DNA of 64,000 bases from Gracilinanus agilis (lineage: Eukaryota). Shown here piece by piece: positions 51,880 through 64,000 of this stretch. The stretch covers positions 88,195,331 through 88,259,330 of the forward strand of contig NC_058130.1 of assembly GCF_016433145.1 (NCBI RefSeq). The letters are read 5' to 3'. The notes beneath the pieces are model-generated. The model did not search any database, was not told where the DNA came from, and saw only the letters and a list, made by a program, of their open reading frames with translations. Positions within the stretch are counted from its first letter, which is position 1; each line of letters opens with the position of its first letter. A program made the position numbers and the translations under genes.

Positions 51880-52075
51880 GTTGTTGTTTAGTTGTTTCAA
51901 TCTTGTCTTCATTACCCCACTTGGGGTTTTCTTGGCAAAGATACTGGAGTGGTTTGCCATTTCCTTCTCTAGCTCATTTTACAGATGAAGAAACTGAGGC
52001 TAATAGGGTTGAGAGATTTGCCCAGGGTCACACTGCTAATAAGTGTCTATGGAAGGATTTGTACTCATGAAGATA
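51880..52075 (-). mobile_element. MAR1-type SINE
   Basis: ggggttttcttggcaaagatactggagtggtttgccatttcc. Confidence 0.88.
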
Positions 52076-52169
52076 AACTTTCCTTTTCAGAATTGTTTCT
52101 CTTCTATTTCAGCCTCCACTTGTCTTTTCTCAAATGTTCTTTCCCTTCCCTCTTGGTTTCTGAATTTCC

Positions 52170-52740
52170 TCATATGAATATTGGGGCTGCATACAGTTGA
52201 ATTGGAAAGGGAGAAAAACTAGAGGTGAGGAAGTCTGTCAGAAAAGATACTGCAAAGGATAAAAAATGTGGGCATGAATTAGAGGGTGTTATTATGTGTA
52301 TTATAAATGGGCAAAAAGGGTCAGAAAGGAGAGGTATTGTAGAGGAAGAATTTATAGGACTTGGCAACTGATTGGATGTGGGGAGCAGGGTGTGGGAAAG
52401 GGAGAGTAGAACTTGACTCTGAAGTTTTATGCCTGGATAGTTGCAGGATGATAATGCCATAAAAGGAAACAGAGCTTTAGAAAAAAAGGAAGGTTTATGG
52501 AAAAAGGTGATGAGTTTAATTTTGGAAACGTTAAAGGGAATGATAGAGCATCTAGGGAGAGATTTCTACCAGGAAACTGAAAATACAGGCTCAAGGATGA
52601 AGTCTAAGATATTGATTTGGAAATCATCTGCATAGAAGTGATAATTGAAACCATAGCAATGTATGAGATTACCAAGGGAGAGAGTGTAGTGAGCAAAGAG
52701 AAGAGAACAAAGCTGGGGAAAAATGAAACAAGAGATTGAA
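52170..52740 (-). mobile_element. L2
   Basis: aggacttggcaactgattggatgtgggg...gatttggaaatcatctgcatagaagtgataattgaa. Confidence 0.8.
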
Positions 52741-53339
52741 TAATATTTGATCTATCATCAGAAGCAAAGATACATTTTTAATTCCATGCCACAGCTTGTG
52801 GCCCATCATGAAGGTTTCATTTTTCCACCTGGCAGGCTGATTTCTTCAATGTTTCTGGGAAACAAATGGACTTGAATAATAGTTTATGTCTTGACCTAAC
52901 CTTACCAAAATGATATGATTTCATTTTGGAAATCTCTTTTAAAAAATAAATTCTTTCTATATTTTTCAAACTTGACCTTGTTTACAAGGTAGTTTAATGA
53001 CATTTTTTATCTAGGCAATAGGAATTTTAAACTGTTCACTTAATAAAAATCAACATCTTGGAGGGATTCTCAGCCTCCTTGAGATAGGAAAAATTCTGAG
53101 TCCATTGAAATGTCCTAGTTTTTGAATAAAGAAGAATGACCTTTTGATTTCCCAAACATTTGAGATCATTTGGATATGAGGGACGGAGAATGAGGGAAAT
53201 TCAGTCAGTCAAATTTGAACTGCTAGCTCTATTCTCCTCCCTTCTAGGAATTCATGTAAGTGTATTTAATTGATCCTTTGATGAATCTCTGAATTCACTG
53301 ACGTAGGTATAGTGTCTTGAATGGCTGAGGCCATAAACT

Positions 53340-53760
53340 ATTCAAGCTTTTTTTTTTATCCTGTGTGACAATGGTTCATGTCCTCTGATAAATTGTCCAC
53401 AAAAGGTCCCCCTAATAGCTTGAGGCTGTCTTCCAGATTTCTTGAGATTAAGAAGATATCCAAGGAGTAAATAAATCCTTCAGTCTACCATTTCTAGTCA
53501 TACATTTTTTTGATGAAAAATTTATCATCACTTCTGATGTGCCACTCTTCACTGGTAATATGTTGCAATCTAGTTGCCATTATTATACATCTCTCCAAAG
53601 TCCTCCACAAAAGTCTTACTCCTATTCACCACTGAGGCATAGAAGTACCCTTGATCATTTAAAGATGATGTTGGCAGAATATAAGCTTTGGCAGGTTCAA
53701 CCACACTAGAAAAGCTTTGAGCATGGTCCTAGTGACAGAACTCAGTTATTTTCAGAGGAC
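53340..53760 (-). mobile_element. Possible CR1/L3 3' end remnant
   Basis: atcatctttaaatgatcaaggg and cacatcagaagtgatgataaatttttc weakly resemble the CR1 3' end. Confidence 0.4.
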
Positions 53761-53964
53761 CAGCCTACCTAAGTATGTGGGATAAGCAGTGGGAAGTAAT
53801 ACTAAATTTGGAATAGGAAAATTTGTTTTCAGATCTTAGCCCTGCCATTTATTAGCTGTGTGACCTTGAGTAAGTCACAACCTTTCTGGAACCCAGTTTT
53901 CTCATCTGTAAAATGAAGAAATTAGACTAAATGGGCTCTGAAGTTTTTTTCTAACACTGTTTTT

Positions 53965-54058
53965 TTTAAACCCTTGTACTTTGGTGTATTGTCTCATAGG
54001 TGGAAGATTGGTAAGGGTGGGCAATGGGGGTCAAGTGACTTGCCCAGGGTCACACAGC
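53965..54058 (-). mobile_element. 5'-truncated young SINE (short-tail variant)
   Basis: Tail nearly identical to the copy at 9905; 16-bp TSD ttctaacactgttttt (53949-53964 and 54059-54074). Confidence 0.92.
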
Positions 54059-54649
54059 TTCTAACACTGTTTTGATGAACTGTGATGAGCAGGCTAGTCA
54101 AGAGGTATATATAGGAAGGTAAAGGTAATATAGTAAACAAAGAGGAATAAAGTGGTCCTAAGGGGGGGGTGTCCTTCTGCTCCTGCAGTGATATGGCAGA
54201 AAGGCAAGGAGAGGGATACACCATGTTATAGTTTGTAAAGTGCTATATGATTATGGTAATATATTATGTCAAAATCACAAGATTCTTAAGAGTGTTTGTA
54301 AACCTTTACTGTTGTCTAACTGAACAGCTTTAAATATAATTTAATAATAATTGCTACAGATAGGAACAAGACTTCATGTCAAGTAGAAAGAATGTTCAAC
54401 TTGGAGTCAGGGAAGAAGGGTTTAAATTTTTCCTTTAATATGTGGGAGCACGAACAAGTCCTTTTAAAGCCTTAGTTTCCTCTTTTTAAATGGAGATAAC
54501 CTCACAAGTTATTTTGAGGATTAAACAAACTAGTGTAGCTAAAATGCTTTATAAACCATATAGAATAAAACTGGTATCAGTTGCAATTGTTATTATTCTA
54601 AATATATAGCCCAAATCAGAAAAAAAACATTTTTAAAAGTAAATGTGCT

Positions 54650-56075
54650 CCAAAGAGCCCAACTTTGGGGACATGAATCCACTATTTGACAAAAACTGCT
54701 GGGAAATTTGGAAAACAATATGGGAGAGATTAGGTCTAGATCAACATCTCACACCCTACACCAAGATAAATTCAGAATGGGTGAACGACTTGAATATAAA
54801 GAGGGAAGCTATAAATAAGTTAAATGAACACAGAATAGTATACTTGTCAGATCTCTGGGAAAGGAAAGACTTTAAAACCAAGCAAGAGTTAGAGAAAATT
54901 ACAAAATGTAAATTAAATGGTTTTGATTATATTAAACTAAAAAGCTTTTGTACAAACAAAAACAATGTAGTCAAAATCAGAAGGGAAACAACAAATTGGG
55001 AAAAAATCTTTATAACGAAAATCTCTGACAGGGGTCTAATTACTCAAATATACAAGGAGTTAAAACAATTGTATAAAAAATCAAGCCATTCCCCAATTGA
55101 TAAATGGGCAAGAGACATGAATAGGCAATTTTCAGGTAAAGAAATCAAAAGTATCAATAAGCACATGAGAAAGTGTTCCAAATCTCTAATAATCAGAGAA
55201 ATGCAAATCAAAACAACCCTGAGGTATCACCTCACACCTAGCAGATTGGCTAAAATGAAAGAAGGGGAGAGTAATGAATGTTGGAGGGGATGTGGCAAAA
55301 TTGGGACATTAAAGCATTGCTGGTGGAGCTGTGAACTGATCCAGCCATTCTGGATGGCAATTTGGAATCATGCTCAAAGGGCTATAAAAGAATGCCTGCC
55401 CTTTGACCCAGCCATACCATTGCTGGGTTTGTACCCCAAAGAGATCATAGATAAACAGACTTGTACAAAAATATTCATAGCTGCGCTTTTTGTGGTGGCA
55501 ACAAACTGGAAAAGGAGGGGATGTCCTTCAATTGGGGAATGGCTGAACAAACTGTGGTATATGCGGGTGATGGAATACTATTGTGCTAAAAGGAATAATA
55601 AACAGGAGGAGTTCCATGTGAACTGGAGAGACCTCCAGGAACTGATGCAGAGCGAAAGGAGCAGAGCCAGAAGAACTCTGTACACAGAGACTGATATACT
55701 GTGGTAAAATTGAATGTAATGGACCTCTGTACCAGCAGCAATACAATGACCCAGGACAATTCTGAGGGATTTATGGTAAAGATGCTACCCACATTCAGAG
55801 GAAGGACTGCAGGAGAGGAAACATATAAGAAAAACAACTGCTTGAACGCATGGGTCGGGGTGGACATGATTGAGGGTGTGGACTCAAAACTACCACACCA
55901 ATGCAACCACCAACAATTTGGAAATAGGTCTTGATCACAAGGACACATGACAAAACTAGTGGAAATGTGCATCGGCCATGGGTGGGGGGAGTGCGGGGGG
56001 TGAAGGGGAAAGTAGGAGCATGAATCATGTAACTATGTTAAAAATGAATATTAATAAATGTTTAAATTTTTTAAA
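54650..56075 (+). mobile_element. Young 5'-truncated L1 (ORF2 C-terminus, 3'UTR, A tail)
   Basis: Uninterrupted 354-codon frame with the C-domain knuckle CWRGCGKIGTLKHCWWSC and KIFIAALFVVA; TSD aaaagtaaatgtgct (54635-54649 and 56076-56090). Confidence 0.97.
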
Positions 56076-56454
56076 AAAAGTAAATGTGCTTCTTAAAGAA
56101 TTAAAAAGATTTCTTTGTAGGGGAAAAATAGGATTTCTATACTGACCATTTTTTCCTCCACTAAGTTATTTGTACAACCAATATATATAGTACAGTGGTA
56201 GCCAATATTAAATATTTGATTCATAAAAATCTCATCATTTTCAGGTCTTGCTTCCTCAAAAAAATCACATCCTCCTCAAATTTTCTTATAGCACTTTGTA
56301 AGAATCTCCCTTTTGCTCCATAAGGTGCCACTTCATATCATATTGATTGATATTGATGTAGGATTCCTTTCTTTTACTTCATCAGAAAGAATGGACAATT
56401 TTTATGTGGATGAGAGAATGGCAGCCATGGTTGCCAAAGACCCTAGAAAGGTTA

Positions 56455-56920
56455 GTTACAGAGTAGGGCCCCCATAACCACAGGTTACATGTTCCAAAAT
56501 CTACTGTGGATGGCTGACACTATGGACATAAGGGAACATCTAATATTTACTTAGGGTAACTGATTACCAAATAACTAGATATAGGGGTACAACCATACCA
56601 TTACTTTTGTGCTTTGGTGTCAGAATTAAATAAAGTCAGGGCTTTCTTAAACAAAGACACTGCAATAATATTACAATGAATACAATCAGCCAGACCACTA
56701 TAGGTAGCCTGGAGAAAACTTTTGCATGGTTGTCATGTACTGGACTGGTGGATTTCACCATGTTACAATCAGTATTTGCTCAATGGGCAGTTTGAAATTA
56801 ATGAACTAATTTTTTTCTTTTCTGAAATTTTCCAAATTTTCAATTAAAAATTTTTTTTCATGGTTAACCATGAGTAAGTGAATCAGCAGGTATCAAATCA
56901 GTGGATAGTTACAACTGTAC
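56455..56920. mobile_element. Tigger7/MER44-like DNA transposon fossil
   Basis: gctttggtgtcagaattaaataaagtcagggctttcttaaacaaagacactgc and gatttcaccatg...tctgaaattttcca resemble MER44. Confidence 0.65.
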
Positions 56921-57394
56921 AGATTAACCCATGCTTCTAAGCTAATGTTTCAAACCAAAGTCAGTTAATTTAAATTTTATAAACCAAACTTGGAGAGGTC
57001 TAAATACAAGTAGGATGCTTGGTGGCAAGTAGTTCAGTTATTTGTCTAAAGAAAAAAAAATCAGGAAAAGTGTTGTCCTTATGCAGTAGAGCTGATAGTG
57101 TCACCAGGAAGGAGAATTAGAGTTAAAGAGTTAATTCTATGCCAGGGAATGTTCAGTCTTTTTATCTATGTAGCATTATCCTACTGTACAGAGGCAAAAA
57201 TGAATAAATAAAACAGGATCTCTTCTCAAGCAGTTTATATTCTGTCAGAGGAGACAAACATAACTAGATTTAAAAGTATAATATATATGTATATATATAT
57301 AAACTATTTTTCTTTTTGTTTTTAGAGGAAAGAAGTCATTAGCATCTCTAAGTACCAAGGGAATCAGAAAAAATGCTTAATATAGAACAGAAGT

Positions 57395-57620
57395 ATCACA
57401 TACTCTGATAGTATGGACTTGGGTCCCATGAAGCCCATAATACTCTCCATTGTAATCCAAATCTGTTTAAAATGTAAGTGGGAAATTTTTAACAAAATAA
57501 ATAAAACTGTAACAAAACACAGATAATAGTACATTTAAAAACTAAGTCAACATGAAGCCAGCGGGGATCTTTAATGTATGGTTTAGTGGCCCCTGTTTAT
57601 ATTTGAATTTGACACCATTG
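57395..57620 (-). mobile_element. MER63-like (hAT-Blackjack) element
   Basis: ggtttagtggcccctgtttatatttgaatttgacaccattg terminus. Confidence 0.75.
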
Positions 57621-57668
57621 ATGTAAAAGATGCTGCTTGAGCTAAGCATTGAAGGTTATTAGGGATTT

Positions 57669-57801
57669 NNNNNNNNNNNNNNNNNNNNNNNNNNNNNNNN
57701 NNNNNNNNNNNNNNNNNNNNNNNNNNNNNNNNNNNNNNNNNNNNNNNNNNNNNNNNNNNNNNNNNNNNNNNNNNNNNNNNNNNNNNNNNNNNNNNNNNNN
57801 N
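57669..57801. other. Assembly gap (N run)
   Basis: 133 N. Confidence 1.
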
Positions 57802-58020
57802 TATATGCCAGGCACTATGTTTAGTGATTTACAAGTATTATTTCATTTGACCTTCACAACAACCCTGGGAGGCAGGTACTATCACTCCCATTTTATAGAG
57901 AGACAAACTGAATCAAACAGGGGTTAAGTGACTTGCTCAGGGTCACACTGTTGGTAAGTGAGGCTGGATTTGAACTCAGGTTTTCCTGACTCCAGGACCA
58001 GCACTCTATTCACTGTATCA
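57802..58020 (-). mobile_element. MIR/CORE SINE
   Basis: tcatttgaccttcacaacaaccctgggaggcagg...ggatttgaactcagg. Confidence 0.8.
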
Positions 58021-58039
58021 TATTATGGTTGTCATGTCA

Positions 58040-58440
58040 ATTATTAGGAAGAGTAAGAAAGCCAATTTGGCTAGATAATAGAGTATAAGAAAGGAAGTAA
58101 GGTATAATGAGACTGGAAGGGTAAATTTGGGGCAAGGCTGAAAGAAATTTAGATGACAAATAGAATAGTTTATATTTGATTCTAGAGGTGATGGAAACTA
58201 ACAGATTATAATGAATAGAGGAATGCTATGATTATGCCCATACTTTGGGAAAATCACTTTGGCAGGTGTGGGGTGGAGTCACTAGAGACAAAACCTAGAG
58301 ACCAACTAGGAGACTACTGCAATAGTCCACACAAGAAATTACAAGGTCTAAACTAGAGTTGTGGCTATAGGAATAGAGAAAAGACTATAGATGTGAGAGA
58401 TGTCATAAGGTCAGTAAGAGCTGTTTCCTTGACAATATTC
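58040..58440 (-). mobile_element. L2
   Basis: ggaaaatcactttggcagg...ggagactactgcaatagtcca. Confidence 0.75.
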
Positions 58441-58492
58441 TCTGAGAACCTTGCTATTCTCTTCTGTGTGTCTCTTTTTAAAATTGTTTTTA

Positions 58493-58608
58493 CTTTTTTT
58501 TTTTGAACCCTTGTACTTCGGTGTATTGTCTCATAGGTGGAAGATTGGTAAGGGTGGGCAATGGGGGTCAAAGTGACTTGCCCAGGGTCACACAGCTGGG
58601 AAGTGGCT
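58493..58608 (-). mobile_element. 5'-truncated young SINE (short-tail variant)
   Basis: aacccttgtacttcggtgtattgtctcataggtggaagattgg. Confidence 0.9.
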
Positions 58609-58609
58609 T

Positions 58610-59090
58610 TACTTTTATTTTTAACAATAATTAAAAAAAAATTCCGAGTTCCAAATTCACCCCCTTCTTCCAATCCCTCCCCCATCCAGTGCAAAGGAAA
58701 GGAATATGACATTAATTACACATGTGATTTCATACAAAACATATTTTCATTTAGTCATGTTGCAAAATAAAAGCATAAGAAACATAAAGAAAAAAAATTT
58801 AAAAGCATGCTTCAATCTGTACCTTCTAAGTTTATCGGTTTTCTCCCTGGAGGTGGATAGCTTTTTTCATCATGGGTCCTTTGGAATTGTCTTGGATCAT
58901 CATATTGGTGAGAGTAACTACATCTCTCATAATTGACCATCACCACAATACTTCTGCTATTGTATATAATATTCTCCTGATTCTGTTCATTTCACTTTGC
59001 ATCAGTTCATATAAGTCTTAACAGATTTCCCTGAAACTATACAGCTCATCATTTCTTATAGAACAATTTTACTCCATCATAATCATATAT
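58610..59090 (-). mobile_element. L1 3' end
   Basis: ttcactttgcatcagttcatataagtctt (antisense of the ORF2 end) plus 3'UTR. Confidence 0.82.
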
Positions 59091-59925
59091 TAGATATGCC
59101 TCTTGCCAAAGATTGTGAGATTCAGGCTGTTCAGAAGTTCAAGACTCTACTGCACTTTTTAGAGGTCAAATTTCTTGAGAGCAGAGCCTGTACTAGTTTC
59201 ATCTTTGTATCCTGAATAAAAGGGACAATGGTGCCTTGCATACAATAGGCACTTAATAAATATTTATTCAATTGAATTCAAATACTTCCTTCTCTATAAT
59301 AGTAGATGATAATTGAGAAGAGGAGAGATATATTGCCAGTGAGGTTTTCTAAAATAGATTTCAATATGTGAATATTCGCAAGTCAAACAAAATAACTCCA
59401 TATGCACAGAAGTAAGAAGAGCTGAATTATTCAGTAAGGTCAAGAGCTCTAAGAGCTAAAGCAGCTAGGATATCAATGGCAGGACAATTTAAGGATTGGT
59501 TAAAGGAGATAGCGCAGGAAAGATTTCTCCAGAACCTGGCTTAATTTTTAAAGATGACATCCTTGGTGGACTGAGGAAAAGACAGAAATTAGAGATAGGA
59601 AGCTTTTTCACAGAATTCCCTGGGATTACCAGGCAATTGCTACAAAATTATACATTGGGAGCACAGGCTGAATATCTTGGTAATGATAAAATCAGATGAT
59701 TAAAAAAAAAAGAATCAAGCAGTTGAAGGCCCTTTAAAAGATCCTAGAAACTAGAATAGTAGTATTGAGGATATAAGAGTTGTGAAATATTCATAGGGAA
59801 AATGTGGATAAATAGTCATAGAAAAGTCACGGAGATTGGCATAACAATTGGAGCATAGGGATGGTGAACCCAGGAAGCTTAGGTGTTTTCTGGAATACTT
59901 CTCTGAAGAAGCATCACTTTAGATC

Positions 59926-60140
59926 AGAGACTCTTAACTTGCTTTGTGCCATGGACTTCTTTGGTGGTCTGGTGAAGCTTATGGACCTTTTCTTAGAATA
60001 ATGTTTTTAAATATATAAAATAAAACACATGGGATTATAGAGTAAATCAAATATTAGTGAAAATAACGATCCATTTTTTTCTCTACACAAGTTCATCAGC
60101 TCCTTGAAATGTATCCATAGACCCTATCTCTTGGATCCTA
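59926..60140. mobile_element. Charlie-type non-autonomous DNA element
   Basis: ctggtgaagcttatggaccttttcttagaataatgtttttaaa. Confidence 0.7.
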
Positions 60141-61547
60141 GGGCTGCTTTTGGTTAGTTAAATAGTGGTTTGAACTAGCAAAGTTTTATGACATATACTA
60201 AAAAGCACAAAAGATTTTTTGAAGGGTGGAATGTTTTCTTCAATCAAATTGGAAAATGAGAGGATAATTTTTGAACAGCACAGTAAAAAAAAGGTTACTT
60301 TACATTTTACTTAAAAGCTTCTTTTCTTCTTTTTCACTATCTGCCCCAGAAAATAGTAAATCAAAAAAAAAAAGTCAAGCAAAGCCATTTCTCAGTGAAG
60401 GAAACTAACTCTCTGGGGTTCTTAATATCCTCAATAGCTTTAGGAATTTTACATTTCTCTCTCTCTCTGTGTGAGTTCATTCCCATAGCACATTTAAATT
60501 TCTTTATAGCCCAGTCTATATGAGTGCATTGACTAATTTTTCCCTTAGTTTTCTCTGTCATTTGGACCATGATGATGATTGATGTGGATTTCTCCAATGT
60601 TAATTCAGCTACAAAGTCCAGAGCTTTATCTATTGCTCAAGAAGCTCATGCAAGGCTTCTGGAGGGGCAGTCCATGAATTGAAGGGACCCCACAAAATCT
60701 GCCTTGAAAGTCTTTTGTACTAGTCTCACGACTTATAGGTTTCATTGATTCCAAAGGGAATATTTGCAGGATGGTAGTAGGAGCCTCTGCGACTCCAGGA
60801 GAGCATTTGTATATTTTATCTACTTTTATATATTTAAACTTATTGTGGATCTTATTTGCTAAGAATCAGTTTTTTCTTTTTTCCTTTCTTTCAAACATTC
60901 TTTTACTTGGTCTTGTATCTTTTGTTTAACCTTCCCTTCCATGTGGTCCATTTCTTCACTTCCCTTTGCTGCTTTACATGTGGGACATTTAGATTTTTGC
61001 TACTGCCCAAATGTTAAAAGCATTAGGTAATGTCAATAATGGAAAGAAACTTCAGAGTGAATTTAGTGCAATCTATACCTAACAACATTCCGCTGCCTTG
61101 CCAGTCCAGGACAATTTTAACATGAGGACTTTAAGACTACTCTAGTCTTAGATGTTCTAGACAGCTCTAAGTTCCACAGAATTTTAGAAGACATCTTAAA
61201 TGAAGAAAACAAGACTCAAAAAAGTTAAGAGCTACATAGCCAATAGATAATGAAGACAGGACTTGAACCAGACCTCTGGATTGCCATTTCAATATTTTTG
61301 TCTTTTTGGATTCTTCCTAATGCTGTAATCTTGCACTTCCATCACTCTACTGAAACTAGTCTTTCCAGGGTTAAAGTTACTTTTAGTTAAATTATTTCCT
61401 TAATCTTTCCTTAACCTGTCAACACTATTTCACACCATTAACTAATTTCTATTTCTTGAATAGCTTCTTTCTTGGTTTCTCCGGCAGTGTACCACCCTGA
61501 TTCGCTTCCTACCCCTGCAATTGTTCATTTGTCAGTCCTTAATTTTT

Positions 61548-61775
61548 CTCCTTCCTGGCACAGTAGACAGGGTGCTGGGCCTGGATTCTGTAGACACGTT
61601 TTCTTGAGTTCAAATTTGGCCTTTGTGACCATGGGCAAGTAATTTAACCCTGTTTTCCTCAGTTTGCTCATTTGTAAAATGAGTTGGAGAAAGAAATGGC
61701 AAACCACTCCAATATCTTTGCCAAGGAAACCTCAAATGCGGTCACAAAGGGCTGGGCATGACAGAGACAACCAAA
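61548..61775 (+). mobile_element. MAR1-type SINE
   Basis: CORE followed by gagaaagaaatggcaaaccactccaatatctttgccaagg. Confidence 0.85.
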
Positions 61776-61829
61776 GACAAAGAATAATAATTCTTTTCCT
61801 GAAAATTAAGAGGAATTTCTAAAGACTGC

Positions 61830-62190
61830 TTTTTAGATCTCTGTTCTTCTCCTATTCTATAAGTACATTCTTTCTTTGAGACTCAATCAGTATTTTTGTG
61901 CACAAACTCCACAAAGAACCCCTCTACTTCTAACTTTCTACATTCATTCCAAGCATGTATTTCCATCTGCCAACATGCTATCTCAACTTGGACTCAATGT
62001 GTTCCCAAATCATATTCATCATCTACTCTTCCCCAATTGGCTCTTCTCTCTGCCACTGGGACCACCTTCATCTCAGGTCAGAATCCTTGGAGTTGTCTTT
62101 GAGTTTTCATTCTCTTTCATCTCCCCCAACTCATTATGTCACCAAGTCCTCTCTACACCCCTTACACCACATTTGTTTGGGTCCTAAATA
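61830..62190 (+). mobile_element. L2 fragment
   Basis: tctcaacttggactcaatgtgttcccaaatcatattcatc. Confidence 0.65.
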
Positions 62191-63036
62191 TCTTATGCAA
62201 GTGTCACTGGGAGGTACGGCTGTGACTTCCCTCCCTCCTGGCTAGATCATGAATCCATTAGCACATTGGCATCAGGCATGACCTCACCTAGAAATCCTTA
62301 GAATGTTTCTACATTCCTACCAAGCAAAGGTTCTCCCAAGTCAACAAGTGCATTATTAGACTTGGGGCTGAAGCATGGACTGGGCTAGGGTCAGCCCAGG
62401 GGAAATGTATTTGGACACAGACTAGTGTGTGAAGCTTTTCAAGAAGGAAAAAGGACACAATGACATAATGGCCATTTCACATGGAGGCAGCTACCTTCTA
62501 TTCCTATAGGTACTTTCTGTATAATGAATTTAATACAAAGGCTACATGGGATCTTGGAGAAGGAATCAGAATCAGGTTCAGATTGTCAGTGGAGCCAAAG
62601 GTCCACATTGCCTGTGACAAGAAACTGACCAGCTTGAGTGCCCAGATGACTAAGTTATCCAAACAGACCCTGCACGGATCCTCTGGAAGGTCTGGTTATG
62701 TATGAGACAATCCTGAGGGCTGGGGAATATTTGGTAGCTCCCAGTGGGGATGAGTATAGGGGGATGAGCTTTGAGTTTTAGGATAGAATAAATGACATCT
62801 TTATTTTCACTAACCTTTGGTTTCTTTGAGTAATGCTATGTATTTTGTTTTACACTAAAAAAAAACCAAACAGCAATATTATTCTGAGAAGGGTACCTTG
62901 ATTTTACCAGACAGCCAAAGGGGTCCATGATACAAAGAAAGGTGAAGAGTCTCAAATGTAGAACAAAGGGTGTGTAGGGTGATGCTGCACAATGATCTGG
63001 GAAAAAGCCAAGGACTCCCTTGACACATGGGTTCTT

Positions 63037-63193
63037 TTTTTTTTTAAACCCTTAACTTCTGGTAAAGGTGGGCAATGGGGGTCCAGTGACTTGCCCAGGG
63101 TCACACAGCTGGGAAGTGTCTGAGGCCGGCTTTGAACCTAGGCCATCCCATCTCTAGGCCTGACTCTTAATCCACTGAGCTATCCAGCTGCCC
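63037..63193 (-). mobile_element. Young SINE1_Mdo with deleted tail
   Basis: TSD tgacacatgggttctt (63021-63036 and 63194-63209). Confidence 0.92.
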
Positions 63194-63804
63194 TGACACA
63201 TGGGTTCTTAATGTATTGAAATTTCTGATTGTCATGATGAAAGCTTGTAATGCTTGTTTTAGAAAATGACACTGAATTACCCCAAGGATGGTATCCTGTT
63301 GCAAGTGTTCTTAAAATATTATTTTCATACCTTCTACTGCTCAGAAACTTAGAATTGCTCCATTTACTTGTTCCATCAAGTCTAAACTCCGTGTCTCACC
63401 CATAATCTAAGTTGAAATCTCTATATTTCTCATTTTAATTTTTGTAAACTTTTAAGAATATCTCTTCTGTACAAGATGCCTTGGAAAATATGAAATGTAT
63501 TAAACATGATACCTCCTCTCAAGGAGATAAAAGTCAAGAAGAACCACGGTTCTAATTATAGAATATGTGGACATATAAAGTGTGGCTAAGATTTATATCT
63601 AACTATATATTTGAGTAGTTTGACTATTTTTGTTGCATTTAGGCTTATTGTAGAGGTTTATTAGAATTTATGGAAATGATTCTAATGTGCCTCTTCTTTA
63701 ATACAATGATCTTATGAAACAGAAAAAAAAGATAGAAGGATCTTTAAGTTTTTCTTTTTTTAAGCATGAAATTAAAAATCTAATTTGTCAAAATATACTT
63801 GACA

Positions 63805-64000
63805 GGGGGCAGCTGGGTAGCTCAGTGGATTGAGAGCCAGGCCTAGAGACGGGAGGTCCTAGGTTCAAATCTGGCCTCAGACACTTCCCAGCTGTGTGAC
63901 CCTGGGCAAGGGGCAAGTCACTTGACCCCCATTGCCTACCCTTACCACTCTTCTGCCTTGGAGCCAATACACAGTATTGACTCTAAGACGGAAGGTAAGG
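63805..64000 (+). mobile_element. Young SINE1_Mdo running off the window end
   Basis: Consensus-like head, CORE and tail. Confidence 0.95.

Noticed and set aside
53340-53760. Gypsy RT or Tigger DDE motifs (FIYSLDIFLISRNLED; ILPTSSLNDQG)
   Set aside because: The motifs are mutually inconsistent, and the nucleotide pattern fits a CR1 3' end at least as well.
54643-55707. Longest ORF (354 aa) as a host gene
   Set aside because: It is the C-terminal part of L1 ORF2, bounded by a TSD and an A tail.
1-64000. CRISPR arrays, tRNA/rRNA genes, operon-like systems
   Set aside because: This is mammalian intronic DNA. The recurring CORE motifs are dispersed SINEs, not spaced repeats, and tRNA-like heads belong to SINEs.

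Overview
Eukaryotic, repeat-rich DNA from a marsupial. The SINE1_Mdo-type, MAR1-type, RTE and L1 sequences point to the opossum Monodelphis domestica or a close relative. The window is almost entirely intronic sequence of DOCK3 on the minus strand. Three internal coding exons (82, 61 and 148 nt; matching human exons 10-12 as I recall them) have canonical AG/GT sites and splice into one open 97-codon frame. The ORF track misses two of them. The rest is a layered transposon record: young SINEs and L1s with clean target-site duplications (TSDs), hAT MITEs, a full-length 7SL retrocopy, and old L2, MIR, CR1, Charlie and Tigger fossils, plus two N gaps. Most notable observations: (1) a ~3 kb stretch (31.0-34.1 kb) with degraded RT, RNase H, integrase and GPY motifs in Ty3/Gypsy order; (2) an L1 insertion consisting only of its 5' end but flanked by a TSD, with a SINE inserted in that TSD; (3) a ~185 bp non-repeat unit duplicated into the middle of an L2; (4) a non-repeat 46-nt hairpin. 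I found no convincing new protein-coding gene or new biological system. Family names come from remembered consensus sequences, not database searches. Boundaries of old repeats are approximate.
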